Below are positions 34,501 to 43,690 of a stretch of DNA of 64,000 nucleotides, piece by piece. Made by a program: the position numbers and the translations under genes. The notes under the pieces are model-generated. The model searched no databases, was not told where the DNA came from, and saw only the letters and a list, made by a program, of their open reading frames with translations. The stretch's first letter is position 1, and every line of letters starts with the position of its first letter. This DNA is from a virus, in the IMG/VR virus record IMGVR_UViG_3300008108_000237, positions 2,377 through 66,376 of that record. The stretch is one strand, 5' to 3'.

Positions 34501-36276
34501 TACATCATCCATAAGACGTATGAATCCTTCAGCAGATGCCATGATGACCGCAATCATGTTTCTTACTGTAGGTTTGAATCCTATTCCAGTTGCAGTGTCT
34601 TCAATTTTTCTCAACAATGAAGCTGTAATCTGACTCTCATATTCTGATAGTTTTTTATTCGCTTGTGTTTCTAACGTGGAAATTTCTTTGTCAAATCTTG
34701 CTTCACCTTCGAATATAAAGAAATCTAATGGGATTGGATTCAACAGAGCTCCAATTGTTTGTCCAATGACCCCAAGAGGTGAAGCCGTAATTTCGAATTC
34801 TTTAGGAATGAGAAGATTTGTGAATCTAGATATAATCTTGTTTTTATCTTCTTCTGTCGGATTAACTATACCTGTTTGAATACGTGTGGTTGCCTCCCAA
34901 TCAATTGAATTTATTGTTGGAGACTCGTACCTAACCAAATCATATTTTATCGGGTTAGGTATGGGAGTTGGACCATTTGTTCCCAAAGTTGGATTGTTTG
35001 CTAATCCATCATTTGACTCAGTAATGATTTTTTGTAATTCAGATATTGCAGTGTCTTTAATCTCTCTAGATAGTTCTTTGAAGACATAAAGTTTCTGTTG
35101 ACTATCCAATAAAATTATTGGTTTCGGGTCAAGAAATCTATTGAACCATGAATTTGCCGCTCCTCGTACTGCACTAAAATATTGAACTAATGATTGTTTG
35201 TAGTTTCTAATGTTAGTCAGAGGTTCAACTTCCGCTTTTGGAAAAGATTGTGTGATAGTGGTTTCGAATTGTTGCAACTTATTCATAAGTTGTACTAATG
35301 TCAATTCAGGAAAATCTGGTGGAATTAAACCTTTAGCTTTGTATTCACTGTAAACCTCAACTATTTTTTGATATCCCCTTTCCGCAACAATTTGGGTGAC
35401 TACCGCTTGATTTGACCCAAGATTATTAGCACCTCGTTCTGCTTGTGTGCTTGCTTGTGATTCTGTAGCTTTATTTGGTTGTTGAGGTCCTTCGGGTGTT
35501 TGAGTTATGTCGAACCTTTGGCTGTACATGTGTGGTGCCGCCAATAAATGACCCATAGAAATTTCATTGAGAATATTAAACTTATATCCTATGAACACAA
35601 GTCGTATCTGATAATTTCCACTGAATCCGTTGAAGGAAGCATTAAACGTTTTTAAATTTAATTGATATCTAATAGCTTGACCATAATAACCTTTGAGTGT
35701 TAAATAAAATTGAGGGTAAGGCATGTTGAAGAAAGCGGCGTAAGGAGAATTATTCCCTAATTGGAAAAGTGCCTTCCCTTGAACATCTTCTAACAACATT
35801 TCTACAGTTGGAATGAAACTTGTATTAGTTTTAATGTTAATCGAAGTAATTCCTAATAACCCATTATCCAAAACGCTTGTCTCATCAACTACAGAATTGA
35901 TGAGGTATGGTTTGTCTCCGTTTCTTGGTATTTGTCCTATTTCAGACGGTTGGTTTTGTGCATTATACTTTGTAGAATTCTCTCCCGTAAGTTCATCGTA
36001 GTACCCTGATCCCAAAAAAGAATTTTTGGTTGGTTTGAGAAAGTTCATTTTAGCAACTGAAATAGTACCCACAGGTGCTCCCACAGCTAATTTCGTTCTT
36101 GGTAGAACGTCACACTCCAAGTTGGCATACATGACAAGATTCTCGTGGTCCACGAGTCTATCTTTGATATTTCCAAAATTATCAACCGTTTTGTTTGGGT
36201 CGACTACGATAATATTATTGTAATCAAACTCTACTAAAATATTACCACTAGTGTCTGCTTGTATATTACCTGCCAT
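28525..36276 (-). CDS. Giant baseplate/hub-associated protein with C-terminal IPT/TIG domain
   Basis: 2583 aa. Hub-like segment 'LGNALLQPTMYFNL...GPYMITDVSHSIQPG.F.T...R' and IPT motif 'PVVSTFSPAAGYTGTIVQVNGRNF'. Confidence 0.65.
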   Translation of the reverse strand: MAGNIQADTSGNILVEFDYNNIIVVDPNKTVDNFGNIKDRLVDHENLVMYANLECDVLPRTKLAVGAPVGTISVAKMNFLKPTKNSFLGSGYYDELTGENSTKYNAQNQPSEIGQIPRNGDKPYLINSVVDETSVLDNGLLGITSINIKTNTSFIPTVEMLLEDVQGKALFQLGNNSPYAAFFNMPYPQFYLTLKGYYGQAIRYQLNLKTFNASFNGFSGNYQIRLVFIGYKFNILNEISMGHLLAAPHMYSQRFDITQTPEGPQQPNKATESQASTQAERGANNLGSNQAVVTQIVAERGYQKIVEVYSEYKAKGLIPPDFPELTLVQLMNKLQQFETTITQSFPKAEVEPLTNIRNYKQSLVQYFSAVRGAANSWFNRFLDPKPIILLDSQQKLYVFKELSREIKDTAISELQKIITESNDGLANNPTLGTNGPTPIPNPIKYDLVRYESPTINSIDWEATTRIQTGIVNPTEEDKNKIISRFTNLLIPKEFEITASPLGVIGQTIGALLNPIPLDFFIFEGEARFDKEISTLETQANKKLSEYESQITASLLRKIEDTATGIGFKPTVRNMIAVIMASAEGFIRLMDDVHTTAWDVKYDPVRKNAILDNTTSAPNTENVGQVVRDPLSLFGENELDVNAENSQIPVYPWPQFFVETPEDKKGRFQLKYIGDPSVVDLTQGYLYDKWPEVEFVEEYMRGLTQKFQNPTAPPPLDNESDTNIININAIEFPSNGLAYSNKEEIKFFYEIWERQFLTSHYSGLVRANSNQIDELIKLNIETEVNNIKNKLGISSPYLSLKLKNFNLNSSNYNDFLRNISNSGTGRAYQDYIRDFFVTPYIKVITENSFAILNTLELGRIPQTTAKSEALRKLISNAANDPLIVDTLPYTNQTWCLDNLSQSNSAVGNQVYDTKRSLTIFEPRKIISNFNDVYNYTFNRPVTNFSYLLNQNPSQNLDLLGLSSNVTYGPVGLNAFYLSRTPNEFAPTEGYVQGVTPTGAINFRSTTSMLNTPYFINAIQNGVYNSRISGNTYPYIQAAYLFLNSLPLATLREKYKSYSNGVTTDLDYISSSLKKFGAIHKLPYAWILKYGSIWHRYKKYKETSVDILQTAWKNFDYAGNYYPPTSSTTQIYYFRYDDAPRSTQLQSEGVASINMELGFYPKLINDFNVFYNGYDLYVDYTNKEIQDSFNGGLKIHNFSSSNLVDVKQQGKNLRFTTWSLLLPNVTPSAPIECAPEDNTVGADYFVLPSFGTPYNQASIACVTGQTTIPETIVDLTDNPSVFNGSVRCLWAAPNYGYFDSNQIAFPQPDSYINFINTGNTQTPLFFLSQDNYTKIEEVFSVFEKKILDSFELEFLNFCKSIGNVFTRQTNAIGQSPVDVNSNFKNFQSLFRSLMTVPRKQEGETEDSYFFNTIGNQYTIFQSGIKAFMEYDVIFKFGNPSFYQRRIFDSYLSYNNTLQVVDPITFRPYAPGTLPTLNGNVTLAESQAANPTAWTALETEVGFSTIRNVRYSQFGSYITDFFVDNNIEFTSQNVTLLAPIIKMYATQKLNNPNLSALQFQNQLENYLRRETDLQNNFLNGVLTGLRQPPPIGLPEQQQLPERTINSVTTGEQGKVEIYEVFKALNDKWIAGGDYKTKTLFEDFLFLDRASRNIGETILIDIFDLQDMFNKNSLNQAMSVFTFISGILIKNNFTVMPLPAYVNFYNAQDVTGVTTPKPEGSLEFANNLWGTFLDVDYRNASPKLVCFYVGKPSQYLDLPKGNFKFRDDGFDLRRASESPLIENIQGKKDWALSNKVVGFNVDIGLRNQNIFYSFTVSQDNGVATSEVINTTLNMVDQSSGRAVATQNVSLYNLYKQRSYKASVVSLGNALLQPTMYFNLRHVPMFNGPYMITDVSHSIQPGTFQTTFDGVRQGIYDLPAIDSFLQSINQNLITQLEELLLINKDEPSKSGTTNNIKSTEVVQKAENTLDTTNSCTLKITSEVYLNASPGYVPVTSQFSGVTPTDFANALRRILPNDVDLQTIIYCISYIRTYQQDSNSGLGNFYAVNNNLANISLSIDWSESVSEFSKNRNYTCVNIRTNPSTTSSEPIAHFDSLDSYINFMRGRLLSNKERIIRLGLAKYYVCFWPKNNISEEYYNTNYSEFKQTRDTFTKALASATQIGLISKNKSIELDKTNKESDTETSSPSVTPTPSPIPPEVGQTCPPPVVSTFSPAAGYTGTIVQVNGRNFESVKSVRVINKDVELKDITVFNSETLRFNLPNIEIPEGQDVATGRISVTTEYGTFESLVDFTFNPTLKNVTVSSAGGNENVGKTEVVPISEQEKIGGSSNLQDTMLNPPMFVSEKINNELGTEILTVKIDQNDYVGGVWKINPQVEYTYTFDSIEVGSNNTVTRSSIESSQSSQLLGFVSSDGQTFSITRQQFIDAEFKDLIEMEKGKRLEMNASILLTAIPEDKIKNPKNSYKSERFRIIIPSSETGVQPEGSLSFIQRSNDVALPPYQGPLYYNIRKPDGGFVTFRFNCPRCIISKVFVATSTNQTTPLNITITNNSDTKYTNVIDVNSTQRLVLSVVYVNANNNGTFTATSNSFTL

Positions 36277-36589
36277 AATAATAAAAATGATTTTCTAATG
36301 CTGCCTTATAATCCTGTAATGATGGTATTAAAGGAAAAGGAATAATCAATATAGCTCCATCATATATATTATTTTCCAATCCTCCGAACTGAGGATTTGC
36401 CTGTAAAATTAACCACCCAAAGACAGGTGAATTATAAAATTCTTGAGAAACCTTATCTAATCTACTTTTAGCAACTTTATAAATAAAAACTTTATCTGTA
36501 GGTTTTCCTGGCAGATTCACAAAGGGAACAACTGTTTGTTCCCCATTGATAATAAAATCACTATATCTATTCCAATATTGACTCGCCAT
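36266..36589 (-). CDS. LysM-like baseplate protein (gp53/tail X-like)
   Basis: 'RLDKVSQEFYNSPVFGWLILQANP...GAILIIP'. Confidence 0.75.
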   Translation of the reverse strand: MASQYWNRYSDFIINGEQTVVPFVNLPGKPTDKVFIYKVAKSRLDKVSQEFYNSPVFGWLILQANPQFGGLENNIYDGAILIIPFPLIPSLQDYKAALENHFYYYGR

Positions 36590-39500
36590 TAGTTAAGTTT
36601 CGCTTTTGATATATAAGTTTTCGGAATATCATTACCATTTACATCGTTCCAAGTCATCACATTTGTGTTCTGATTTGTCGTATTCGCCAAACCTTTTATT
36701 AAACTTTCTTTCGAACTTTTTTGACTTGGTCCCGCGTTGTCTACTGTGGTAAAAGTAAAATTCCTTTGTTTGTTTTTATCGAATGGTGTATAAATTAAAT
36801 AATCTTTCAAATCGTTTTTTTCCAAATTATCAATAAATGATTTGGTAATATTATTTTCTTCTAAAAACACAGGTTTAGCAATAGAAATCCAATATGAATC
36901 AAATATTTTTTCCAAGTCAGGTGTTGGTGTCGAACTTGACAAAACATTTCCAATCATTTGTTGTTTGAAGGTTTCATATTTTTTTTCATCTACCACATCT
37001 TCTGATACAATCATATACACTCTTCTGAATGAGTCATCACCAAATAAAGAATTTTTACTGAATGGATTGAAAACTTTTTGTACTGTAACAGAATCAGATT
37101 TTCCGTTTGTTACTTTAGGTACTAAAACACCTTCATAACTGACCCCATTATAAGAGAATGTCTTAGGACTTTGTATTTTCAGATTGAATTCTTGAATATT
37201 TTGTTGTACTTTCAAAGTATCCGCTTTCAATTCCAAAAAGGTGTTTGCAGCTGTAGATGTTGTGTGTACATCGGGTGTACCTGATGTCACATAAATTAAC
37301 ACGGGACCATTTTTAGCTTGAAGTCCATCAGTACCTGAATTGGCATTATCAGGGTCAAAAAGAATTGTGTTTAATCTACCCCAAGTTTGAAGATAAGTTT
37401 GTTCTTCATTAACCAAACCTTGAGTAATAGTTGAAATTGCATTTTGAAATGACCCTCGTTTTCTTGAAACAAAATTGTAATAATTTTCTTTCAATACCCT
37501 TATTATAGCTGGAGATAAATTTTTTGAAGGTTGAGAAATAAACTTAATGTATCCTTCGGTGTCATCCTTTATATTTTTGTCCAATTCCGCAAAAATTTCG
37601 TCAAACCTCTTCTCAAAATTATTTGGTTTTCCAAATAGAATTATTTCTCCATTGTCAATTGTAGAATTACCTTTGGTATAATTTCTTTCTAACATCCACT
37701 GCTGTCTCACAGCGTTGTTATATTGGTTTACACTTTCCTTGGTTTTATTGATTACGTTTGTAAAATAGTTCTGAGTGTCATCGATTACTTTGGTCATAAA
37801 TCCATTGTAACTGATTACTCCCGTTGTTGTTCCTCCTGAATTAGTAACCGAACTTATTACTGTTCCAATAGTATTATTATTATCTTGACCATTGTTTGGA
37901 GGGGCACTATTGACTCCAGGTATTGGTGGTGGTTGAACGTCTCCAAAAAATTCATCGAATAATGTTTTCAAAGAATCAATGTCCGTAGCATCGGCCCTAT
38001 CATCATAGATTTCCGTGTTTGCATAATAGTTGAATGTCAATGCATTTTGCAGTTTATCGATGGATTCTTTCAATCCACTACCACCAACAAAGTCGAAACT
38101 TAAAGTTACATTTGCAATCATTGGTTGTACACCAATACCTTCAGGATTAATATCCAATCCTTCGTAATTTATTTGTAAACTTCTTGGAATAATTTTGGTG
38201 TTATAGAAATCCCCAACTCTCAATACTAATACAGGAGGTGCACCAAATGTTGTATTTACCGCATTGTTATATTGTAATTGGACAGGACTATCTGGTGTTG
38301 CTTGTTTTTTGGTTGGAATAGTATCTCCTGGTCTCATACATTGTTGTAAGAATGTCAATCTCGAGTTCAAACCTTCAGGTGTCATTGAATGGAATGAAGG
38401 CTGAAAGTATTTCAATTTTTCTCTGAGGTTGTCGTATACCATTGGAGTTTGTTCTTTTATTGTTTCAAAGTAATCACATTCGGTCAATAGAGCTCTAACA
38501 ACCTTCACGGTTATATTATCTTTTCTTACCCATTCTTGAGTAATTACTGGTGAAATATATGATCTTCTACATGCCATCGCACCGATTGTGAATACCTCTT
38601 TAGCACCAACTTGAATGTCCCCACCTACATTAGCAGTATCAGTACAACCAAAAGTTTTTCCATTTGGTTCGAAATTTGCAGGAACGAATGGACCATCCGT
38701 TTTATCATCTTTTATTTTTTTTGGATTTGAAACTGCAACTTCTCCCAAAGCTCCTGTTTGTCTATTTCTATCCAAAGGGGCTTCTTTAATTAAAAGTCTT
38801 TGTTGATTTACGAAAGTTTTAGTTGCATTATTTTCTGCAAAGAATTTAGTTGTCGCAACAACTCTTCTTTTTGCCAATTCATCATTATATGATGAGGTTT
38901 GTGGGGCGGAACAACTCGAACTAATATAAACTGTTACGGTTCCTTCCGTGTTGGTGGTAAGTTGTTTTCCTAATTCAATAGCAAAGTTATTCATTGCTTG
39001 ATAGTTAGGAGTTACAACTGTATCAAAAAAAGTTCTTGTTTCTGCAGAATTAGGCTTCGTAAGATATAAATTTTTGTCTTCTGTTGTGTACCTGTTATAT
39101 TCGGTAGTATAATTTATAGTTGTGTTGGGTTTTGGGTAATCATTTCCGAAATAAAATCCAAGTTGATAATAGTCTTTAAAAAGATCATTTGTGTTTCCTC
39201 CATTACCTGATTGAGATATTGGTTGAGTTGTTGAACCTGGATCATCATTACCACTTTGAATTGTTCCTTTTATATAAACAAGTTGTTCTCTCGTTACTTC
39301 TTTCGAGGAAATAGCTTGTTGTAACTCAAACAAATCATTCGGATTTATTGTTGTGTAAGTTTGTGCTAATTGATAAATGTCAAATTTTCTACATCCTGCA
39401 AAGAATGAGTCCAATATACTATTGATTCTATTGTTGTCGTTCTCACCTTTCAACACTTTATTTACAATTACATTAAGCACAGACGGATGATCTACAACAA

Positions 39501-41556
39501 TTTTCCATTGTAAAGTTCCACCTCTCGATGTATTTTTGTAAGTATAAATTGGTTCGGGTCTACCTAAGAAATCATTTGAATTCCAATTTGCTGTCACACT
39601 TTCATTAAATGTTAATCCATAAGGAGGAAACCACATAACTCTACCTCCATTTGGACCTCTTTCACATACAGGTAAGTCTGCAGTTGAAAAACCTGGTGTA
39701 CTCGACGTTCTCCATGCCAAATTTTCCAACGAAAACATGTATTTTTTTGCAACGGCATTATCAACTGTTCCAATTAAGTTGGTTGAATCTTGGCCACCCT
39801 CCTGTTTATTCGGAACAATATTTAAGTTATAAGTTTTATCCAAAACGGAATTTGCAAATCTTCTTCCCTCAGTAGTAATACCATCTGTTTTTTGTAAATC
39901 ATTATATTGTAAGTAAGGAACATCTTTAGCAAAAACTCTACAATATTCCGTTCCAGTTTCTCTACCGTCATCGTCAAACAAATATCTCAACACTCTCGAC
40001 CCTTTTGTCATTTCTTTATATCCATCATTGAAAACTTTACTGACTTGGTCTATTGCATTTCCTACGTGTTGGAGACGTCTCCCTCCTTGTGGTTGACTAT
40101 CAATAAGTCTTTGTGTGTTGTCAAGTATAGAGTTTGGTCTAAACTCATTATTGACTGACTCTGTGTTTACATAAGATGAAGGTCTAAAATCTTCATCTGG
40201 TTCTGAAACTTCTCCACCTATACCTACTTTTTTTCCAGCATTCCCTTTATATTTTGGAGAGACCCATGTAAAACCCCCCTCAATACCACCTCCGTCACTA
40301 TAGGTTGGTCCATTTGCACCCAACTTAATTGATTGACTTGGTCCTTCATAAAGTTGTGCCAACTCAGAAGGTCCATATACTGGAGATTGTTGTTCGATTC
40401 CGAATTGATTTACAGGAACATCTCCTGCTGGTGAAAATACTTGAGATGGATTGGAGTTAATATTTCCAACATAAAAGTTACTGTTGTCAGAAACTGTACC
40501 CAACAAAGTTCCACCCAATCTTTGGAAAAAGTTCCTTGGAAAATTCGGTTTGTATCGGTTGAAATCTATGTTTTTGAACAATCGAGACCTTTGACCTGCT
40601 CCCATGTTATTAAACATGATTTGAGATCCAGTCTCTCCTCCACCCATTAAACGGTTAAAAAATTTCCCAACACCACTTCGTCTAAAAGCATTTGATAGTT
40701 GTTGGATAGTTGTAGGTTGACCTAAAGTGATATTTTTGTCAAAGTATGAACCAGGAATTGGAGATACAGGTAGAATACTTCCTCCAAGTCTCAAAGCAAA
40801 ATTAGTTGCCGCAAGAATCGGATTAGCCGTAACAGTGATTGTGTAATTGGGTTCTATGATTGGTACAACCCCTGTAAGTATATTTACAATGTCAGTACCA
40901 CTTGATACGTTCAAAATATTTGCTCTTCCGAGTGTATCTTGTCGTATTTGGGCTGCAATTCTATCCTCAAACTCTTTTCTTAAAGTTTGAGCACCGAGTC
41001 TTGCAATAAATGAGTCTTGACTCAACAATCCATTACTACCGCTTGGATCGGGAGAAAGTAAAATAGATAGAGGACTATAGGTCGATGATACAAATGTCGT
41101 TGGATATGGTTGATTGTTAGAGGTATTTGTCGTCAACGGACGTGACAATGAATCGAAAAATTCTGCACTGTCTAATACAGTTTCACTACCATTTGAAAAA
41201 ACATTCAGTGGTTTCCACCTAAGTGATTCCTCACTACCTTGTTGTACTATGTTCGCATCTTGATAATTGTAAATACCTTCGTTTGATTTGGTATTTAACA
41301 ACTGACCTGGATCGGGTACTTGTTCATATCCACCAGGATTACCGTATTGATTTAGAGGGAATAATTTATTTGCAAAAGAAGGCTCGTCAATCAATTTGTC
41401 AGGACTATCTTGTACTGAAGAATCTGATTGGATATATTCCGTATCTATTGGTTGAGTTGGTCTATTTGGTGCTTTAGCATAAGGAGTCAAATTCCTTGTC
41501 AAAAGTTTTTTTCTAAACCCTTCAGTATTTGCTAAATCTAATAACGGACTTGCCAT
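36589..41556 (-). CDS. Large tail/baseplate protein with OmpA-like domain and tube-initiator-like segments
   Basis: 1655 aa directly after the tape measure gene. Has 'ESVTANW...LGRPEPIYTY', 'PPVLVLRVGDFY' and OmpA-like 'YFGND...YNDELAKRR'. Confidence 0.6.
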   Translation of the reverse strand: MASPLLDLANTEGFRKKLLTRNLTPYAKAPNRPTQPIDTEYIQSDSSVQDSPDKLIDEPSFANKLFPLNQYGNPGGYEQVPDPGQLLNTKSNEGIYNYQDANIVQQGSEESLRWKPLNVFSNGSETVLDSAEFFDSLSRPLTTNTSNNQPYPTTFVSSTYSPLSILLSPDPSGSNGLLSQDSFIARLGAQTLRKEFEDRIAAQIRQDTLGRANILNVSSGTDIVNILTGVVPIIEPNYTITVTANPILAATNFALRLGGSILPVSPIPGSYFDKNITLGQPTTIQQLSNAFRRSGVGKFFNRLMGGGETGSQIMFNNMGAGQRSRLFKNIDFNRYKPNFPRNFFQRLGGTLLGTVSDNSNFYVGNINSNPSQVFSPAGDVPVNQFGIEQQSPVYGPSELAQLYEGPSQSIKLGANGPTYSDGGGIEGGFTWVSPKYKGNAGKKVGIGGEVSEPDEDFRPSSYVNTESVNNEFRPNSILDNTQRLIDSQPQGGRRLQHVGNAIDQVSKVFNDGYKEMTKGSRVLRYLFDDDGRETGTEYCRVFAKDVPYLQYNDLQKTDGITTEGRRFANSVLDKTYNLNIVPNKQEGGQDSTNLIGTVDNAVAKKYMFSLENLAWRTSSTPGFSTADLPVCERGPNGGRVMWFPPYGLTFNESVTANWNSNDFLGRPEPIYTYKNTSRGGTLQWKIVVDHPSVLNVIVNKVLKGENDNNRINSILDSFFAGCRKFDIYQLAQTYTTINPNDLFELQQAISSKEVTREQLVYIKGTIQSGNDDPGSTTQPISQSGNGGNTNDLFKDYYQLGFYFGNDYPKPNTTINYTTEYNRYTTEDKNLYLTKPNSAETRTFFDTVVTPNYQAMNNFAIELGKQLTTNTEGTVTVYISSSCSAPQTSSYNDELAKRRVVATTKFFAENNATKTFVNQQRLLIKEAPLDRNRQTGALGEVAVSNPKKIKDDKTDGPFVPANFEPNGKTFGCTDTANVGGDIQVGAKEVFTIGAMACRRSYISPVITQEWVRKDNITVKVVRALLTECDYFETIKEQTPMVYDNLREKLKYFQPSFHSMTPEGLNSRLTFLQQCMRPGDTIPTKKQATPDSPVQLQYNNAVNTTFGAPPVLVLRVGDFYNTKIIPRSLQINYEGLDINPEGIGVQPMIANVTLSFDFVGGSGLKESIDKLQNALTFNYYANTEIYDDRADATDIDSLKTLFDEFFGDVQPPPIPGVNSAPPNNGQDNNNTIGTVISSVTNSGGTTTGVISYNGFMTKVIDDTQNYFTNVINKTKESVNQYNNAVRQQWMLERNYTKGNSTIDNGEIILFGKPNNFEKRFDEIFAELDKNIKDDTEGYIKFISQPSKNLSPAIIRVLKENYYNFVSRKRGSFQNAISTITQGLVNEEQTYLQTWGRLNTILFDPDNANSGTDGLQAKNGPVLIYVTSGTPDVHTTSTAANTFLELKADTLKVQQNIQEFNLKIQSPKTFSYNGVSYEGVLVPKVTNGKSDSVTVQKVFNPFSKNSLFGDDSFRRVYMIVSEDVVDEKKYETFKQQMIGNVLSSSTPTPDLEKIFDSYWISIAKPVFLEENNITKSFIDNLEKNDLKDYLIYTPFDKNKQRNFTFTTVDNAGPSQKSSKESLIKGLANTTNQNTNVMTWNDVNGNDIPKTYISKAKLN

Positions 41557-41598
41557 TTATATTTTTCTTAATAAATAGAATCTTAATGTTTTTTATTA

Positions 41599-43470
41599 TC
41601 AACTTGAGTAAGGTGATGCAGTTGGCTTCAATGGATTTTCTGAATCACTTATATCCATGATATAATTTCTGAAACTTTGTTCATTTACAACTTGTTGGAA
41701 TATTTTCATCCAATTCTCTTTTTCTTGTGGTGTTGTATTAGCTGGTGGGTTAGTAAAATTGTGATTAATATTTAAATTTCCATTAACAGAAACATTCGAG
41801 TTTTGTTGTACGTTTTGTCTAACAGTTTTGGTCAATGATTCGTCGCCTGCCGAGATTCCTCCGACTGTGACATTAGTTCCAGTTTGACTTTGTGTTGCGT
41901 TCTGAGATTTATTTTCTATAGGTTGAATGTTTTGGTTCATTAATTTACCAGCTAAACTGTCTAAAAGTGGCCCTAAATTATCAGAAATTGCACGTCCTGT
42001 GTCCGTTGAAACATTTTTCCCAAGTTCTGCAGATATATCTCCAGCAGCTTGTTTAATGGTTCCCAAAGAAGATGATTGTAATTCACCGAAAATACCTTCA
42101 GCATTTGAAATCAATAAGTTTTCGATATCAGTTGCACTTGCACCCGAAGCAATTTTTTCGGCTAAACCTTGTTTCAAATCTGCAGCGGATCGGTCTGTCA
42201 TGTCTCTTACCTCCTCAGCTGTGACTGCTTGACCACCAACTCTACCTATTACTTCAGCAGTTTCACGAATACCCTCACTCACATCCTGAAAAGTATCACT
42301 GGTCAATGCACCACCTACGAGAACCCCTAATATAGCTGCAACATCATTTGCGATTATTTCATCAGTCCTAAGTTGTTCTCTTCCAATTTCCTCTAAAGTT
42401 TTTGGTCCCTCTTTCTGTTCCTGAATGAGTTTGTCAAATTCAGGTTGTGATAATTCTGACAATTCTTTTTTCGTTCCATCTTCCAAAGTAACTTTATAAG
42501 TTCCTCCCTCCATTTTAGCAATATTAGCCAAATATTGTTTGTCCTCTTCATTTACTATGGATAGACCCGCGGCGTCTATTGCAGATAAACGTTTATCTGC
42601 TTCAGCCGCCGCCAAACCAAGTTTAGTCATCTCACTTGCCGAAACTCCTGTTTGGTTTTGTAACTCTCTAAGTGTTAAAACCCCTTGTGGATTTATCTTA
42701 AAGGTTTTAGTTTTTTCATCGAAATATGTAAATTGTTTTGCAACTTCAACCAAACTGTCTTGTAAACCTGAAGGGTCATTGATTGATTGATTCATCAATT
42801 GAAATGGGTCAACTAAATTTCCAGCTGAAACTCCTAATCTTTGGAATGCTGCTGCGGTTTCAATAGCACCTTCTGGTGTTAAAACTTTGTCAGCTAATCT
42901 AAAAGTTTCACCCATGTCAAATCTCAACATAGATGCTTGTGCCGCCATTTTAGTTAATCCTCTTACTCCATCTTCGAACTGAAAACGGTTCATTTGGTCC
43001 ATGTTTTTTGAAACATCACCAAAAACCTGTTTAGCATTTCCCCCTATGCTTTGTACATATTGCATAGATTCTTCGAGTGCCTTTGGTATGGATTCTATAC
43101 CAATACCAACATCAAGAAAACTATTAGCTAAAGATTCTGCACTTGTACCTAAAACTTTCGATGCCGCATATAATTTTTCAACTTCTTCTGAAGTTGCAAC
43201 AACGTTCCTCCTTGAAGCTTGAGCTACATCACTTATTATTGCTGATACATCTTTTAAGTCACCACCAAGTCTTCTAACATTTGGCAGAGCATCGACTAAC
43301 GATTTTTGTAACTCAAAAATCCTTTCTCTCCCTTGAGTAAAAGTTCTTAAAATATCATTACTGAATTCGGAGAGTGCCTTCTGTGATTCTAATAAATCAA
43401 TTTTTTTTGCTCCCAAAGCATCTCCCGATACTCCCCCCGCCGCAGGTGTTGTTGGTGTATTTTGAAACAT
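41599..43470 (-). CDS. Tail tape measure protein
   Basis: 623 aa, Ala/Gln/Leu-rich and helical, in the canonical position after tube and chaperone. Confidence 0.7.
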   Translation of the reverse strand: MFQNTPTTPAAGGVSGDALGAKKIDLLESQKALSEFSNDILRTFTQGRERIFELQKSLVDALPNVRRLGGDLKDVSAIISDVAQASRRNVVATSEEVEKLYAASKVLGTSAESLANSFLDVGIGIESIPKALEESMQYVQSIGGNAKQVFGDVSKNMDQMNRFQFEDGVRGLTKMAAQASMLRFDMGETFRLADKVLTPEGAIETAAAFQRLGVSAGNLVDPFQLMNQSINDPSGLQDSLVEVAKQFTYFDEKTKTFKINPQGVLTLRELQNQTGVSASEMTKLGLAAAEADKRLSAIDAAGLSIVNEEDKQYLANIAKMEGGTYKVTLEDGTKKELSELSQPEFDKLIQEQKEGPKTLEEIGREQLRTDEIIANDVAAILGVLVGGALTSDTFQDVSEGIRETAEVIGRVGGQAVTAEEVRDMTDRSAADLKQGLAEKIASGASATDIENLLISNAEGIFGELQSSSLGTIKQAAGDISAELGKNVSTDTGRAISDNLGPLLDSLAGKLMNQNIQPIENKSQNATQSQTGTNVTVGGISAGDESLTKTVRQNVQQNSNVSVNGNLNINHNFTNPPANTTPQEKENWMKIFQQVVNEQSFRNYIMDISDSENPLKPTASPYSS

Positions 43471-43495
43471 AATTTTTAACTATACATATAAATAC

Positions 43496-43521
43496 AAAAG
43501 GACTGAATTTTCAGTCCTTTT
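43496..43521. terminator. Perfect hairpin, probable (bidirectional) terminator
   Basis: AAAAGGACTGA-ATTT-TCAGTCCTTTT. Confidence 0.75.
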
Positions 43522-43690
43522 TGTTTAACTCCATCCATTTATTCAACAAATACTTTCTTATAAAGATGGGCATTATTAAGAAATCAGAATAAGATACATT
43601 CAAAAGAGTCTTCAAAAAATAGAATTCATCTATTTGTCCTTTTCTATAATCAGAAGAAAGGACGAAAAAAGTCAACCCCGAACCCAACAT
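43511..43690 (-). CDS. Unlisted small ORF; probable frameshift extension (gpT-like) of the tail assembly chaperone
   Basis: (MLGSGLTF)FVLSSDYRKGQIDEFYFLKTLLNVSYSDFLIMPIFIRKYLLNKWMELNKKD*. It overlaps the chaperone 3' end in the +1 frame. Confidence 0.75.
   Translation of the reverse strand: MLGSGLTFFVLSSDYRKGQIDEFYFLKTLLNVSYSDFLIMPIFIRKYLLNKWMELNKKD

Noticed and set aside
38520-38580. Possible in-frame deletion right after the OmpA-like domain (RRSYIS|PVITQEW)
   Set aside because: The transition looks abrupt, but it cannot be supported without homolog alignment or reads.
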